Source of the DNA: an uncultured Clostridia bacterium
GTDB lineage: Bacteria; Bacillota; Clostridia; Christensenellales; UBA1242
Length of the DNA: 64,000 nucleotides
Assembly (NCBI GenBank): GCA_946496065.1
Contig: CAMMFF010000001.1
Coordinates: 191,681-255,680 of the forward strand
Direction of reading: 5' to 3'
How positions within the stretch are numbered: the first letter of the stretch is position 1; every line of letters begins with the position of its first letter. This document shows, piece by piece, positions 28,001 through 40,000 of this stretch. The position numbers and the translations under genes are program-made. Below the pieces are notes generated by a model. It did not search any database. It saw only the letters and a program-made list of their open reading frames with translations, and was not told the origin of the DNA.

Positions 28001-31000
28001 CCACTGTCACATTCCATTCTGGAACAGGAGAAGGTAATCCTGGAGATGGAAAGAAGGGCGAAGTCTTTAATGTTGATGGTGAAAACAGCACAAACACATA
28101 CTTCACAACAACGGAAATTTATTTTGGCAGAATTTTATATCTTGATGTTGAGTTGACCGGTTATTTGAACGGTTCAGACACGGCAGAAGAGATTGTTGTT
28201 GACGACTTGTTCAATTCAAGAACGGGATATTCAAGACTGTCAAATAATTATTGGACATCTTCCACTGGAAACACATTGAATGGTTCTTTGTTGGAATTGT
28301 CAACAACATATTTTAATGCAGTTGACACTTTTGCTGATATTCATTTCTATAGAATATGGAAAGCGAACACTTACACAATCACATTTATGCCAAATGGCGG
28401 AACTTTCCTTGGGATTGATTCAATTACAATCACGACTACTTATGACTCGAAAGTCATTGTTTATAATTCAAGTTCAATGAATTCATCTCAACTTGGAAAC
28501 ATTACAAACATCACAAATGTAAGCAGAATTGGTTATCAAGATGTTGGCTGGAGTTTGACAGACGACAATGATACTGCAGGGCAACTTGTTTTTGACGAGG
28601 ATTTGGGTCTTGTTTTAGGTCAAGAATATTCTTTGTTTGATGCTGACGGGAACTACATCAATGCAGGCAATGCAACAGTCTATGCTGTTTGGGTGGAAAG
28701 TCCTTATACAATCAAGGTTATGTTGAATGGCGCAAACAGTTACACAATGCAAAGTCAAAAAACGGACATTCAAGCAGATGAACAAAAAGAATTTGGAATT
28801 GAGTTTAACATTAGATATGGTGACACATTTGAAAACTTGTTTGTTGGTGATGGTGAAGAAAACAAAATAAAAATCGGCGAAATTGTCCCAGTCAGAGAAG
28901 GTTATTCATTCGCTGGAATCTATGCCGTGAGTGGTTCAAGAAGAGAACTTATCACTGATGCCACAGTGTTTACGACAAGCATTTTGTCTTGTTCACAAAC
29001 AATGACCGAGGACATTGTTTTGACCTTGTATGCAAGTTGGGTTTTTGACACATCTTATCTTTCTTTGACTTTGACTTCAAACATCTTGCCAGAGTTGACT
29101 TATAATGCTGGACAACAAACAGTTTATTTGGCAGATTATTTCAAACTTGGACATGAAGAAACCGGTTATGTTGTCAATTTGGACGAAAATGGACGAGATA
29201 TGTCAATTGGACTTTCTCCAAACATGAACTCTTCAATTTTGTTGACATTAACATCAAGCACGGCGACTGTGGATAATTCTCGAGATATGTCATTTAAGGT
29301 TAGAAATGTTGGAAGTTATAGTGTCAATTTGAACATTACTGTTTCTGATGCTTCAACATATTTAAACCTTGGCAACGTTTTTGAAATTAATTATCAATTT
29401 ACAATTTCGGTTCGAGAAGCAGACATCAGCACAACGATTACTGATGATGTTTATTTGGAAAACATTAAGCGAATCATGGAACCATTTTCAACGGAAGAAT
29501 TCAACGCAAAATTGGATAGTTGCTCATCTCTTGACGCTTTGACAACTTTGATGCAAAGTGAAGATGCAACAATTGTTGGAGAAGCAGGCGAAGAACTTAA
29601 TATGCAGGTTTATAAGTATATAATGGTTAAGTACTATATGCTTTTAGACTCTAACGATGGGACAAATCACAGAACATATAAAGAATGGACGTATGCAGAT
29701 TATTTGGCATTTATGGCAGAGGAAAACAATGCGTCTAATGCAGAAAACATTGTATCAAATCTTTACTATTTTGATTTCTATGACTACACAATCACAGACA
29801 ACAATATGGAAATTGCTGGCTATGACAATTTGGGAATAGTTTCCGATGCAGTCCAAAATGTTGGTTTGGAAATTGGAATTGATAAAGTTGTCATTTCGTC
29901 TGGCTCTGTTTCAACAATGAATCCTAAGAATGTCTATGAAATGAGAGTATATTTGAGAAATGTTGTTTCAAGTGTTGACAGCCTTGCAAATTACATTGTT
30001 CAATATGATTCAAATGGTGATGCTTATATCACAGCGGGAACGGCATATTTGTTGCCACAAGTCTTTGAAATTCAAAATCTTGAAGAGACAAAATCAGCAT
30101 ATTTTGATTCTAGCATTGAGAATAAAGAAGTTGAATGGGCAGGAAATAGGGAAAGTGTTGAATATGATGGTAAAACATATTATTTGATTGAAAACAATCT
30201 TTACATTTCTGCAGGTCTTTATACTTCTTCAAATGGAGATTTGTTGACCGACACTGTTTATTCATACACTGATAACACAAATTATTTGTATTTTGACGAT
30301 GTTTCAATTCTTTTGCAATCAACGGTTGATGGTTCAATCTCATATACAAATGTTTCTTCTTATTTCAAACTTACACTTGGAGAAGATGATGTCTTCACAA
30401 TTCTGAACACAAATGGTGTGGCTAATGTCACTGTAACAGCGAAATATTTGACGAATGATGACGGAATGATTTCTTTTGAAACAGTCGAAGACATTATGGC
30501 GTCTGAACTTTTGAGAATTACACGTGTTTACTATAATATCAGTGGAACAGAAGAAAGTGTTTATGATGCAGATGGACTTGATGTAGGATCTTATTCTTCT
30601 GGTGGAGTGCTTGTTTATGAAATAACAGAAAACAACTCTAATAATGTTTCAATCTTCCTTAGTCCAACAGTCACAAAGGTTGTGTTTACTTCAGTTTCGT
30701 TGGATATAACAGATTATGTAAGTCTTTATAAGTGGGCAGATTCTCCTGTCTATAATGTTGACGGAACAATGGACAATCAGGGAAGCATGACTTTGGACAT
30801 GAGCACGATTGAAACTTCGGAAGATGGTTTGAATGAGATTTATTATTACGCAATCTACACCGATTTGGTGCTTGTGAAATACAACTTAAATTTCCCAAGC
30901 AGTTACAATCCAAGTTCAAGCGGAACTGCAACAATGAAACTTGGTGTTTCAACAGCAAGTGACTTGGCAATTCCAAGTGAAAACGGATTTATTATTTCCA

Positions 31001-34000
31001 GCCTTAAAGCAAAAACTCCAACCGGAGAAACTCTTGATTACACAGAAATCTTTACTGGTGCGGACAATGGCTCTGGGAAGACTTATGTGGGAATCACACC
31101 GGAAACCAAACACGCAATCGTGACTCTGGAAGCAAAATGGGAAGTGGAAGAAATTGAATATACTCAAATTTTGGAGGAATACAAAACTGCCGTAAATTCT
31201 TTTACATCTTTAACTGTCGATGAAATTGTTGCAATTTATAACAGCAACACAAACCTTTATGAATATAGTTATGTTTGGTATTTCAATGACAACCAGGTTG
31301 CGACCGGACAAATTATGAGACTTGCAGGACAAGGAAGTTATGAAGAAAGTGGAAATTACAAACTTGTCATCACTGCAACATTAAATCCAGAATTCTCTGT
31401 TTCTCTTGATGACACCACAAAGACATCAACTCAAATTGAACTTAACTTCACTTTGGAATTTATGAAAAACTTGGTTGATAAGGTGACTTTCCCAGATGCT
31501 GAAACAGTTGTCAAAACTTATGATGGGAGAGAACATCTTACAGACTGGAGTGTAAACATTGATTATTATGCTTACAGTTATGTCAGAGACGACTATGAAG
31601 AAACAGTCACGACACAACAACTTTACTATGTCACAACCGGCTCCATCTATTTCAAAATTTTCTTCAATGGTGGAGAGATTTACTCAATGAAGAATGCGGG
31701 AGAGTATCGAATCACCGTATGCTTTGATGAAGGAATGTTTGATTTGTCCGGCATTGACACATCAAATTTGACTTTCATATACACAATCAATCCATATAGT
31801 GTTGATTTGAGTGCATATGATTTCACAGGAGAAAAACAATTCAATGCAGTTGAACCTTCAATGACAAGAGAAGTTTATCTTGCCAACGAAAATGTCTCAT
31901 TGCAATTGAGAAGAGCAGCCGGCGAAGATGTTGGACAATATGACCTCTACTTTGAGGATGTTCTGCAAAGTTACAAGAAAAATTACAACTTTACTTATGG
32001 TGATGTGATTCTGTTTGAAGACGGAGAATTGACCGCTGAGGCAAGCACAACTTCAATCGGAAAATTCAACATCACAACGAGTGGAACTTTGAGATTGTCA
32101 TACACAGTCACTGCTTTGAATCCAGTGGCTATTGAAGCGGACTATAGTGGACTTGGCTATTCTCTGAAATTGACAGATGATTTCAGATTGCAGATATTCA
32201 ATGGAAGTGTGATGTTCAAAGAATTTTCACTTAACTTGTTTGATGTTGCAACTGGTGCAAACATCAGTTCTGATGAAATTCTTAACATTTTGAGAAGCAA
32301 GATTTCTGATCTTCAACCAAGATTCTTTAACACTCAAAATTATGAAACTGCTTATGACAGCATGACCTATACATATAATTTTGTAATGGGTGACGAGATT
32401 TCAAAATATTACACAAACATTGAATTTGACTCTGGTTACACTTTCACAATCAACAAAATCACAATTGATGTTTCCAAGTTTGTGTTTGAAAAAACTTATG
32501 ATGGGGAAACAACCGTTTATATTGATACAAATGGTTCTGAGATTGATTTGGATACATATAGCGGAGTTTATATAACAGCGGTGTATGCAACTGCTCATGC
32601 CGGTTCAAACATCAGAGTTGACTTGACTTTGCAAAGAAAGGATTCAAGTGACAATCTTTCAAACTACTCTCTCACAGCAAGTTATGTGGTTGGAAAAATC
32701 AATAAGCTTGACGCGACAATGTCGTTTAGTATGAGTAAAGATGTCTTCACTTATGGAGAAGTTTCTCTGAGCAACATTTCAAGTTTCATAAATGGCTATG
32801 TCATTATGAACTCAGAGAATGAACTTGTCACAGATTTGCTTGTCAGTGGATATTACACAATTTCATATAATTTGCCTGCCACAGTGACGACAAATGAAAG
32901 AGGATTCATTTATAAAGGCAATTACACAATCAATGTCAATGCAGATTTCCAAGACTTCAATATGACCTTAAACAGACCATCTTTTGAAGTTCAAGCTTTG
33001 CAATACACAAGACAAATTTCTGAGAATTATATCCAAATTTCCGTTTTGGACGAAGTGCAAGAATATTATGAAGATGTTCTCACAATTCAATCAACTGGAG
33101 ATGTTTTGACCTTGAAATTGGTGGCTGAAGGTTTGACACCAGGAGAAACTGCAAGCACCGGAAATTATGATTTGATTTTGGCTGAAACCTCATTCTTGAA
33201 CGGAAGCATCATAGTTTCTGTCAATGATGACAACAATGGTTTCCAAGTTTTGTTTGCAACAGAAACAGTTTATGTGAAAATTGATGACGCATCAATTTTG
33301 ACAAACACATACAATGGGCAAACTTTTGTTGTTGCTGGAGATGTTTCAAAGACAATGTCAGTCACAAACGGAGCAACAAACAAGACAAGCACACTTTCCT
33401 TCTTCTTGAAAGTTGAAGGACCAGATGGAGAAATTGTTGAACAAGCACTTGGAGATGGAGAAATTTCTTTTGCAAACCTTGCAATCAATTTTGAAAATGG
33501 AAGCGGTGAGATTTCAGAAGCGGGAAATTACAAATTGAACATTCTTGCAACCTGCAATGAATATACAAATGTTGTTTTTGCAGAAGATTATTATCTTGCG
33601 GTTGAAAAAGTTGAAATTGATGTTTTTCAATTTACGTTTGAAAAGACATATGATGGTTCTGCTTCTTACATAATTTCTGAATTTAATGAAAAAGTTGTCG
33701 ATGATGTTATCTCAATTTTAGTTCAGTTTGATTCAGCAAATGCTGGAAGTGGAAAGACTGCAAGTTTGTATCTCAGTGGTGCGGATATGAACAATTATGT
33801 TCTTTCTGCAGTAAGCGGAACTGGAACAATCAATAAGGCAACTGCAACTGTTGAACTTACAAAGACAGACCTTGTTTATGGCGAAGTTTCTTTGACACAA
33901 CCTTTGACATATTCAGTCAAAGTAGGCGGCGCAAACTTGTTGCCATCACAATACAACTTAACTCTTGACATTCAACAGGCACAATACAGCAGTGCGGGAT

Positions 34001-37000
34001 ATTTGAATGTTGGAACTTACAATGTTGTTATAAGTTCAGAAAATTCAACAAACTATGATTTGGCGTTGAATCCTGTTCAAATCAATGTGAAAGCATATGA
34101 TTTGACAATTGAATTGAGCGTCAGTGGAGAGATTTCTGTGGAATTTAATTCAACGGAAGCTCAATCTACACAATTCAGTTATCTTTATATGACATCACTT
34201 TATGAAAGTGTTGAAATTACTATGACAAGAGCAAGTGGAACTGCAATTGGATATTACAAAGTCTTGAGTGGAACTTCTCTTGACAGCAACTATAATGTTG
34301 TTTCTGTTTTGGACACAAGTGACCTTGGAGCATTCAGAATCACTCAAGCGAAAGAAAGATTGTATTTGCTTTTGAGTGACGAACAAACAGTTTCTGCTTC
34401 ATCAGGTGGCGACACTGCAACAATTGAATATGATGGAAATCTTTATGACAGTGTTTCTGTCGAAGAAAGAAGTGAAGGTTCTGGAGTTTACAGACTTGTG
34501 TTTACAAACTCTACAGACTCAGGCAAAAGACAACAATTTGATTTGAATTTCTACACATACGATATGGCAACTTCAACATACAACAAAACCGATGTGACTG
34601 TAAGTGGGCTTACAACAAACATTCAATTCTTGTATCCTACAACAGTTAAAAATGTTGGAACATATCAAATCTACGCAAGTGGAACAATCTCTGACAGTTA
34701 TGAAGTCAAGATGGGTAAAGATGGGGCAATTTACTGCTTCTATTTGAAGATCGAAAAGAAAGAACTTTATTTTTTGAACTCTGAACTTAGCAAAATTTTT
34801 GACAACAAAGATGCCATTTTTGAATATGCTGATGCAAGCGAAATATTGAGTGGAATTGTTGATGGCGAAGTGATAGGTTTGAATATGCAATTCACACAAG
34901 ATGGCGATGTTGTGAAATATGCTGGTGTCAATTATAACGTGGTTGCTGAAATTTTCGGTGACACAGTTTCAAACTATAATTTGAATTTGTCTGATGAAGA
35001 TGGAACAGCTCTCAATGCCACAATTTATCGTGCTGATATGACTTTCGTGGTCAACTCTCAATCATACACCTATGGCGATGATTTTGAACTTCAATACAAA
35101 TATCAAACAGATGTTGACCTTACTGACTACGACATGGGAAGATTGAGCATTCAGTTGGTTGCACCTGACACCGCATCATATTATTCAACCAGTGGTGCGT
35201 TGAAGGTGGGCGAATATGACATGATTTTGATCTTCAGTGCACAAGATTTCTCTATAAGTGGATATATTGTAGACAATCAGGAACAGGAAGAACTTACGGC
35301 AAAATTGACAATTGTTGCAAAAGAACTTCAACTTGTTGCAAAAGACATGAGTTTGCAAGAGGTGTTCACAAAGACCTATGATGCAACAAATGATGTCAAG
35401 ATTACTGACGATGAGGGCAATCTGTTGTTTGATGTTTCAGGAATAAATCAAGGAGAAGATGGAACTATTGACTCCGTTCGTGTCAACTCTGCATATTATG
35501 CAAATGAATATGTTGGCCAAGCAATTCAAATAAGTTTCGAATTGGCAGGTGAGGACAGCGGAAACTATATAATCTCTCCTTGGATGTATGGTGTGATTAA
35601 GGCAATCATTATTGGGCTTGAATTTGATTATCATGCAGATGGAAGCGATGTCACATCAAATGTTGACGACAATCAACTTCCAACATTGTCACAGCTTTCA
35701 TTCCCATTCATGTCAACATCATATTTGACAGCAAACTCTGCTTCAACATCAACAAATTCAGTTAAAAACTTCCCAACATCACTTACAGGAAAGACTGGTT
35801 ATGCATTTTTGAATTGGACAATGGATTTTGAAAACATCGGCAATGCATCTGTGGAACTTACATATCTCGAAGGACTTGTTCAGAGATTTGGACTTCAAAG
35901 TTCTTACGATGGCTCAATTTATTCAGTCGTTGTTGACAATGGAGAAAACACTGTCAGATTCTTGAATGAATTGTTGCTTGATGAAAATGATTTGATGGGA
36001 TATTATTATAAAAATCATTCCGATTTGAAATTTACATTCAATGCAAATTGGGATACAAACAAATACAGAATCACAATCATGCTTGCAGATGAATCTGGAA
36101 ACAGTGCAAGTTATGGTCAAGTGGAAATTGATGACGGTGACCCAGATACGGAAAACACCATTGTTACAACAAACTATTTGGGAGATTTTGACTATGACAG
36201 TTCTCTCACATTGAAAGCAACAGCAAACGAACACTGCAATTTCTATGGCTTCTACACCTCTGATGGAAGAAGATACACTGGAACGGAACCATTCATTTCA
36301 ATCACAAGAGATGGTGACGCGGAAGTGTTCACAATCACAAACATCAGACAAGTTTACAATTTGGTTGTCAGATTCACAACACAAAAAGTCAATGTTGTGT
36401 TTGATTTGAGTGAATATAATGACGCAGTTGTTGATTCGGACGATTTTGTTGATATTGGTGGCTCTCGTTATCAATGGTCAACTGATTATTTGACATTGCA
36501 AGACAAATTCTTGTCAGATTTGCCAGAGGTTCTCAGAGCTGGTTTTGAGGTGGTAAGTTTAAGCACAACGACAACAACTATTCAAAAAGACAATTTTGCG
36601 ACAACAAAAATTGTATCCTTACTTCCAGATTCGGACGATGAAACGGTGATTCTGACTTTGACGCCAAACTTTGAACCTGTTGGAGTTGTTGTCACTCTTG
36701 ACTATGGCTATGACAACATAGAGAAAGAGATATCCGTTCCTTATGGACAAGCATATCAAGATGCTGATGATTGGGAAGAAAACCCAACAAGAACAGGATA
36801 CACATTTGATGGCTGGTATAATTCTGCTGGACAAAGAGTTTATGGTGGAGACATTCTCGCCACAACAGAAGCTCACACTTTGACGGCACATTGGACAATC
36901 AACAAATATTCTCTTGAATTGAATTCTCCATTTGCGACAGTTTCAGATGCAAATGTAAACTTTGTGCCTTCAGGTTCAAACTATGTTGCAACTGACATTG

Positions 37001-40000
37001 AATATAACTTCAAAGTCACATTCAAAGTTATACCAAAAAGCGGTTATGAAATTTCTGCAGCTTGGTCGGAAGGTTTTGAGGTTGTTATCAACTCTGATAA
37101 AACTGCAAATGTGACCTTCACAATGCCTGCTGACAATGTGACATATCAATTGCCAGTTGTGGCAATCAAAAACACAATCACAATTCAAGGAGAACACCTT
37201 GGTGAAGTTCTTGCCTACGACATAACAGAAGAAGGAGAAACTCCACTTGATGTCACAGACAATCAGGTTGAAATTGAAACTGGAAAGAAATTGAAACTTG
37301 TTGTGTCTGCTGAAGTTGGATATGTTGTTCTTGACAACATAAATTTGGAAGGTGGCGAAGGTGTGGTTGTTGACAAAGTTGTTGAAAATGGTGTTATGAC
37401 AGCAACCTTTGAAGGGATAAACAGCGACTTGGTTGTCACATTCACCACTCAAGAAAGCAAAAATCAGATTACAATTTCTTTTGACGATTCGACGGTTGTT
37501 GAATCAATTGAAGTTGACGGAAGGACATACAATTCAGTTGATGAATTGCCAACATTTGAGGCAAGCACAAATTCAATATTCAGTTTCTATGTCAAATTCA
37601 AACATGGATACGCACTTGGCTCTTATGAATGTGAAGAATTTGTTGTGAACCATGAATTGATTGAAGATGGGGCTTATGTTGACTATTATTTGTTTGAACT
37701 TTCAGGCATAAGCACAGACGGAAGCATTTTGATTAATTCTGCTTTGGCCAAGTTTACACTGGAAATGGAAGTGATTTCATATGACGAAAACAAAGAGCAA
37801 GTTGACATTCCTGGAAACATTGCACTCGCAAATGGTTTGACTTCAGTTGAAGCGGAATATAATTCAACTGTCATCATAACCTATCAAGTTGCAGATCTTT
37901 ATAGTTTTGCAGGTTGGAGCAAGGACGGACAAAACATCTTCAGTTCAGAGGGTCGACTTACATACACAATCACACAAGATGAAACAATCTATGCAATTTT
38001 CTCAACTTTGAGATTTGATATTGATTTTGGAACTTATAATTATTACACCATTTATGATGAATACAATGATGCACAAAAGACAGAAACTGTTTACACAGAA
38101 ATTTCAGGAGGAAGATATTTTGATGCTGACACTGGAAACGAAATTTCCGGAATAGAACTTTACTATGGTTCAAACAAAACCATCACATACAGAGTTCCAA
38201 CGGGATATATGTATTATGGTTATGGATACAGAAACGGTGAAGACTTTGTTTATCTTGAAATTGAAGAAAAGATTGACAGTGAAGTTGAAATCAATATTTC
38301 AAGTTTGTTGTTGAATGAAAACAACACAGAATTAAAGATCTATATTGTTGTGAAAGCCTACAGTTTGAATGTGGAATTTGAAACAAAAATAGACATTGAC
38401 GGAACAAGAGAACAAGATATTGATGTTGGTTACATTTCCCTTCAAGATTCTGATGGAAATGATGTCAACAGATATGGTTACGTTGACGGAACAAGAGTTC
38501 ATTACTCTGAAAATGACTTCTCAAATGGTCAAGTTTTGAGCAATAAACACTTTGAAGTTGTGGCATACACAGGCGATGTGATTTATCTCAAAGCAAAGAT
38601 TTTGAAAGAAGGTTACAAATTCTCGTCAATTGTGGCAAACAGACAAGACATTTTGATTTCAAAGCTTTCAGAGAATGACGAATACATCTTCTTTGAAATC
38701 AGCAATTTGGTTGGTGGAGTTGATGATATCTACATCGAAGTCTTGTTTAAACCAGTCATCAATGTGATTAATATGTCCTTCACAAACAACAATCTTAAGG
38801 TTGATGGCGGTGCATTCACATTTAACATTTCAGATGACAATAAGAACAAAATTTGGACATCTGGTAGAGAATATTCTTCTGTTGTTGTTTCTGCTTACAC
38901 GGACAGTTATTTTGAAGTGACCGCATTCATTCGTGCTGGATATTATGTGAACAGTTATGATTTGCAAATTGAAGACAGTGCAAACATCATTGTTTCTGAC
39001 AGCATTTCTTATGAAGCTCTCAAAGTTACTGATTCGGGATACACAGGAAAGATAACTTTCAAAGTTGCGAACTATCTGGGAGTTTCAAGCATTGTCATTG
39101 GAGTTAAGCCTTTGACATACACTGTTGCTCTCATGGAAGACACCAATTTGCTTGCAACCATTGACAATGTAAGTTTCAATTCTGCATTGAATTTGACAGA
39201 ATATAACGCTTCAAACATTACGATTGTTGATGAAAGAGTTTATTTCTTGAACGGAAAATTGAAAGTTGATTTGCAAAAAGCTCAACACAATTTTGAAGGA
39301 TACTTCACATATCAAAATGGAGCTGGTGTTCAATACATCAACTCAGAAGGAAATGCAGTAAACACATGGCAAGAAAGTGGATATGTTTTGAACACCCTCA
39401 CTTCAAAATATGAATTGAGCGAAAATGCAAGCGTTGATCCAGAGACAGGAAAAATCACAATCAAACTTTATCTGTATTGGTCATATCTCAAGACAAGAAT
39501 AAGTTTTGAATTTGTTCCTGGCATCAACACAAACTACACAGCTCAAGACATGGTAAGTGGTGTGGACTTTTCAAACTCTTGGTTCTATGAAACCGCTCCA
39601 CTTTATATTGAAGTTTCATTCAATACAGATATTCACATCACAGCTCCAGAGATTGAGGGCTACAAATTCTATAAGTTTGTCATCAGTCAGAAAAATGCAA
39701 GCGGAACTTGGCTCACAGATGTGACATCGTTCTCAAGTGATATTCCTTGGTCAACAAACGAATATGATAGAATTGTGGAATGTAACATTCAAGTGATTTA
39801 TTTCGCGAAAGTTGATGTAACAACATTTGGTGGTGAAGGGACTTACAATATCTATCAAGAATCAAGCGATACACAAGCAAAAGTGTTGTTGCAAGAAGGT
39901 TATGTTGACACTTCAAAAGAGTTTTCAATTGAAGCAGTCCCTGGAGAAGGTTATGAATTCTTGCGTTGGACAAATTCAACAACTGGGCAATCAACGTTTG

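Noticed and set aside
36976-37452. Antisense and alternative-frame ORFs of 60-218 aa inside the giant and housekeeping genes. Examples: 36976-37452 (-), 20802-21458 (- within trpS), 60831-61370 (- within dnaX), 42649-43110 (- within the ATPase gene), 26444-26845 (+, off-frame).
   Set aside because: All are fully overlapped by long ORFs with clear homology or clear domain periodicity. They lack SD sequences. They translate to Cys/His/Phe/Asn-rich junk typical of off-frame reading of A/T-rich genes.
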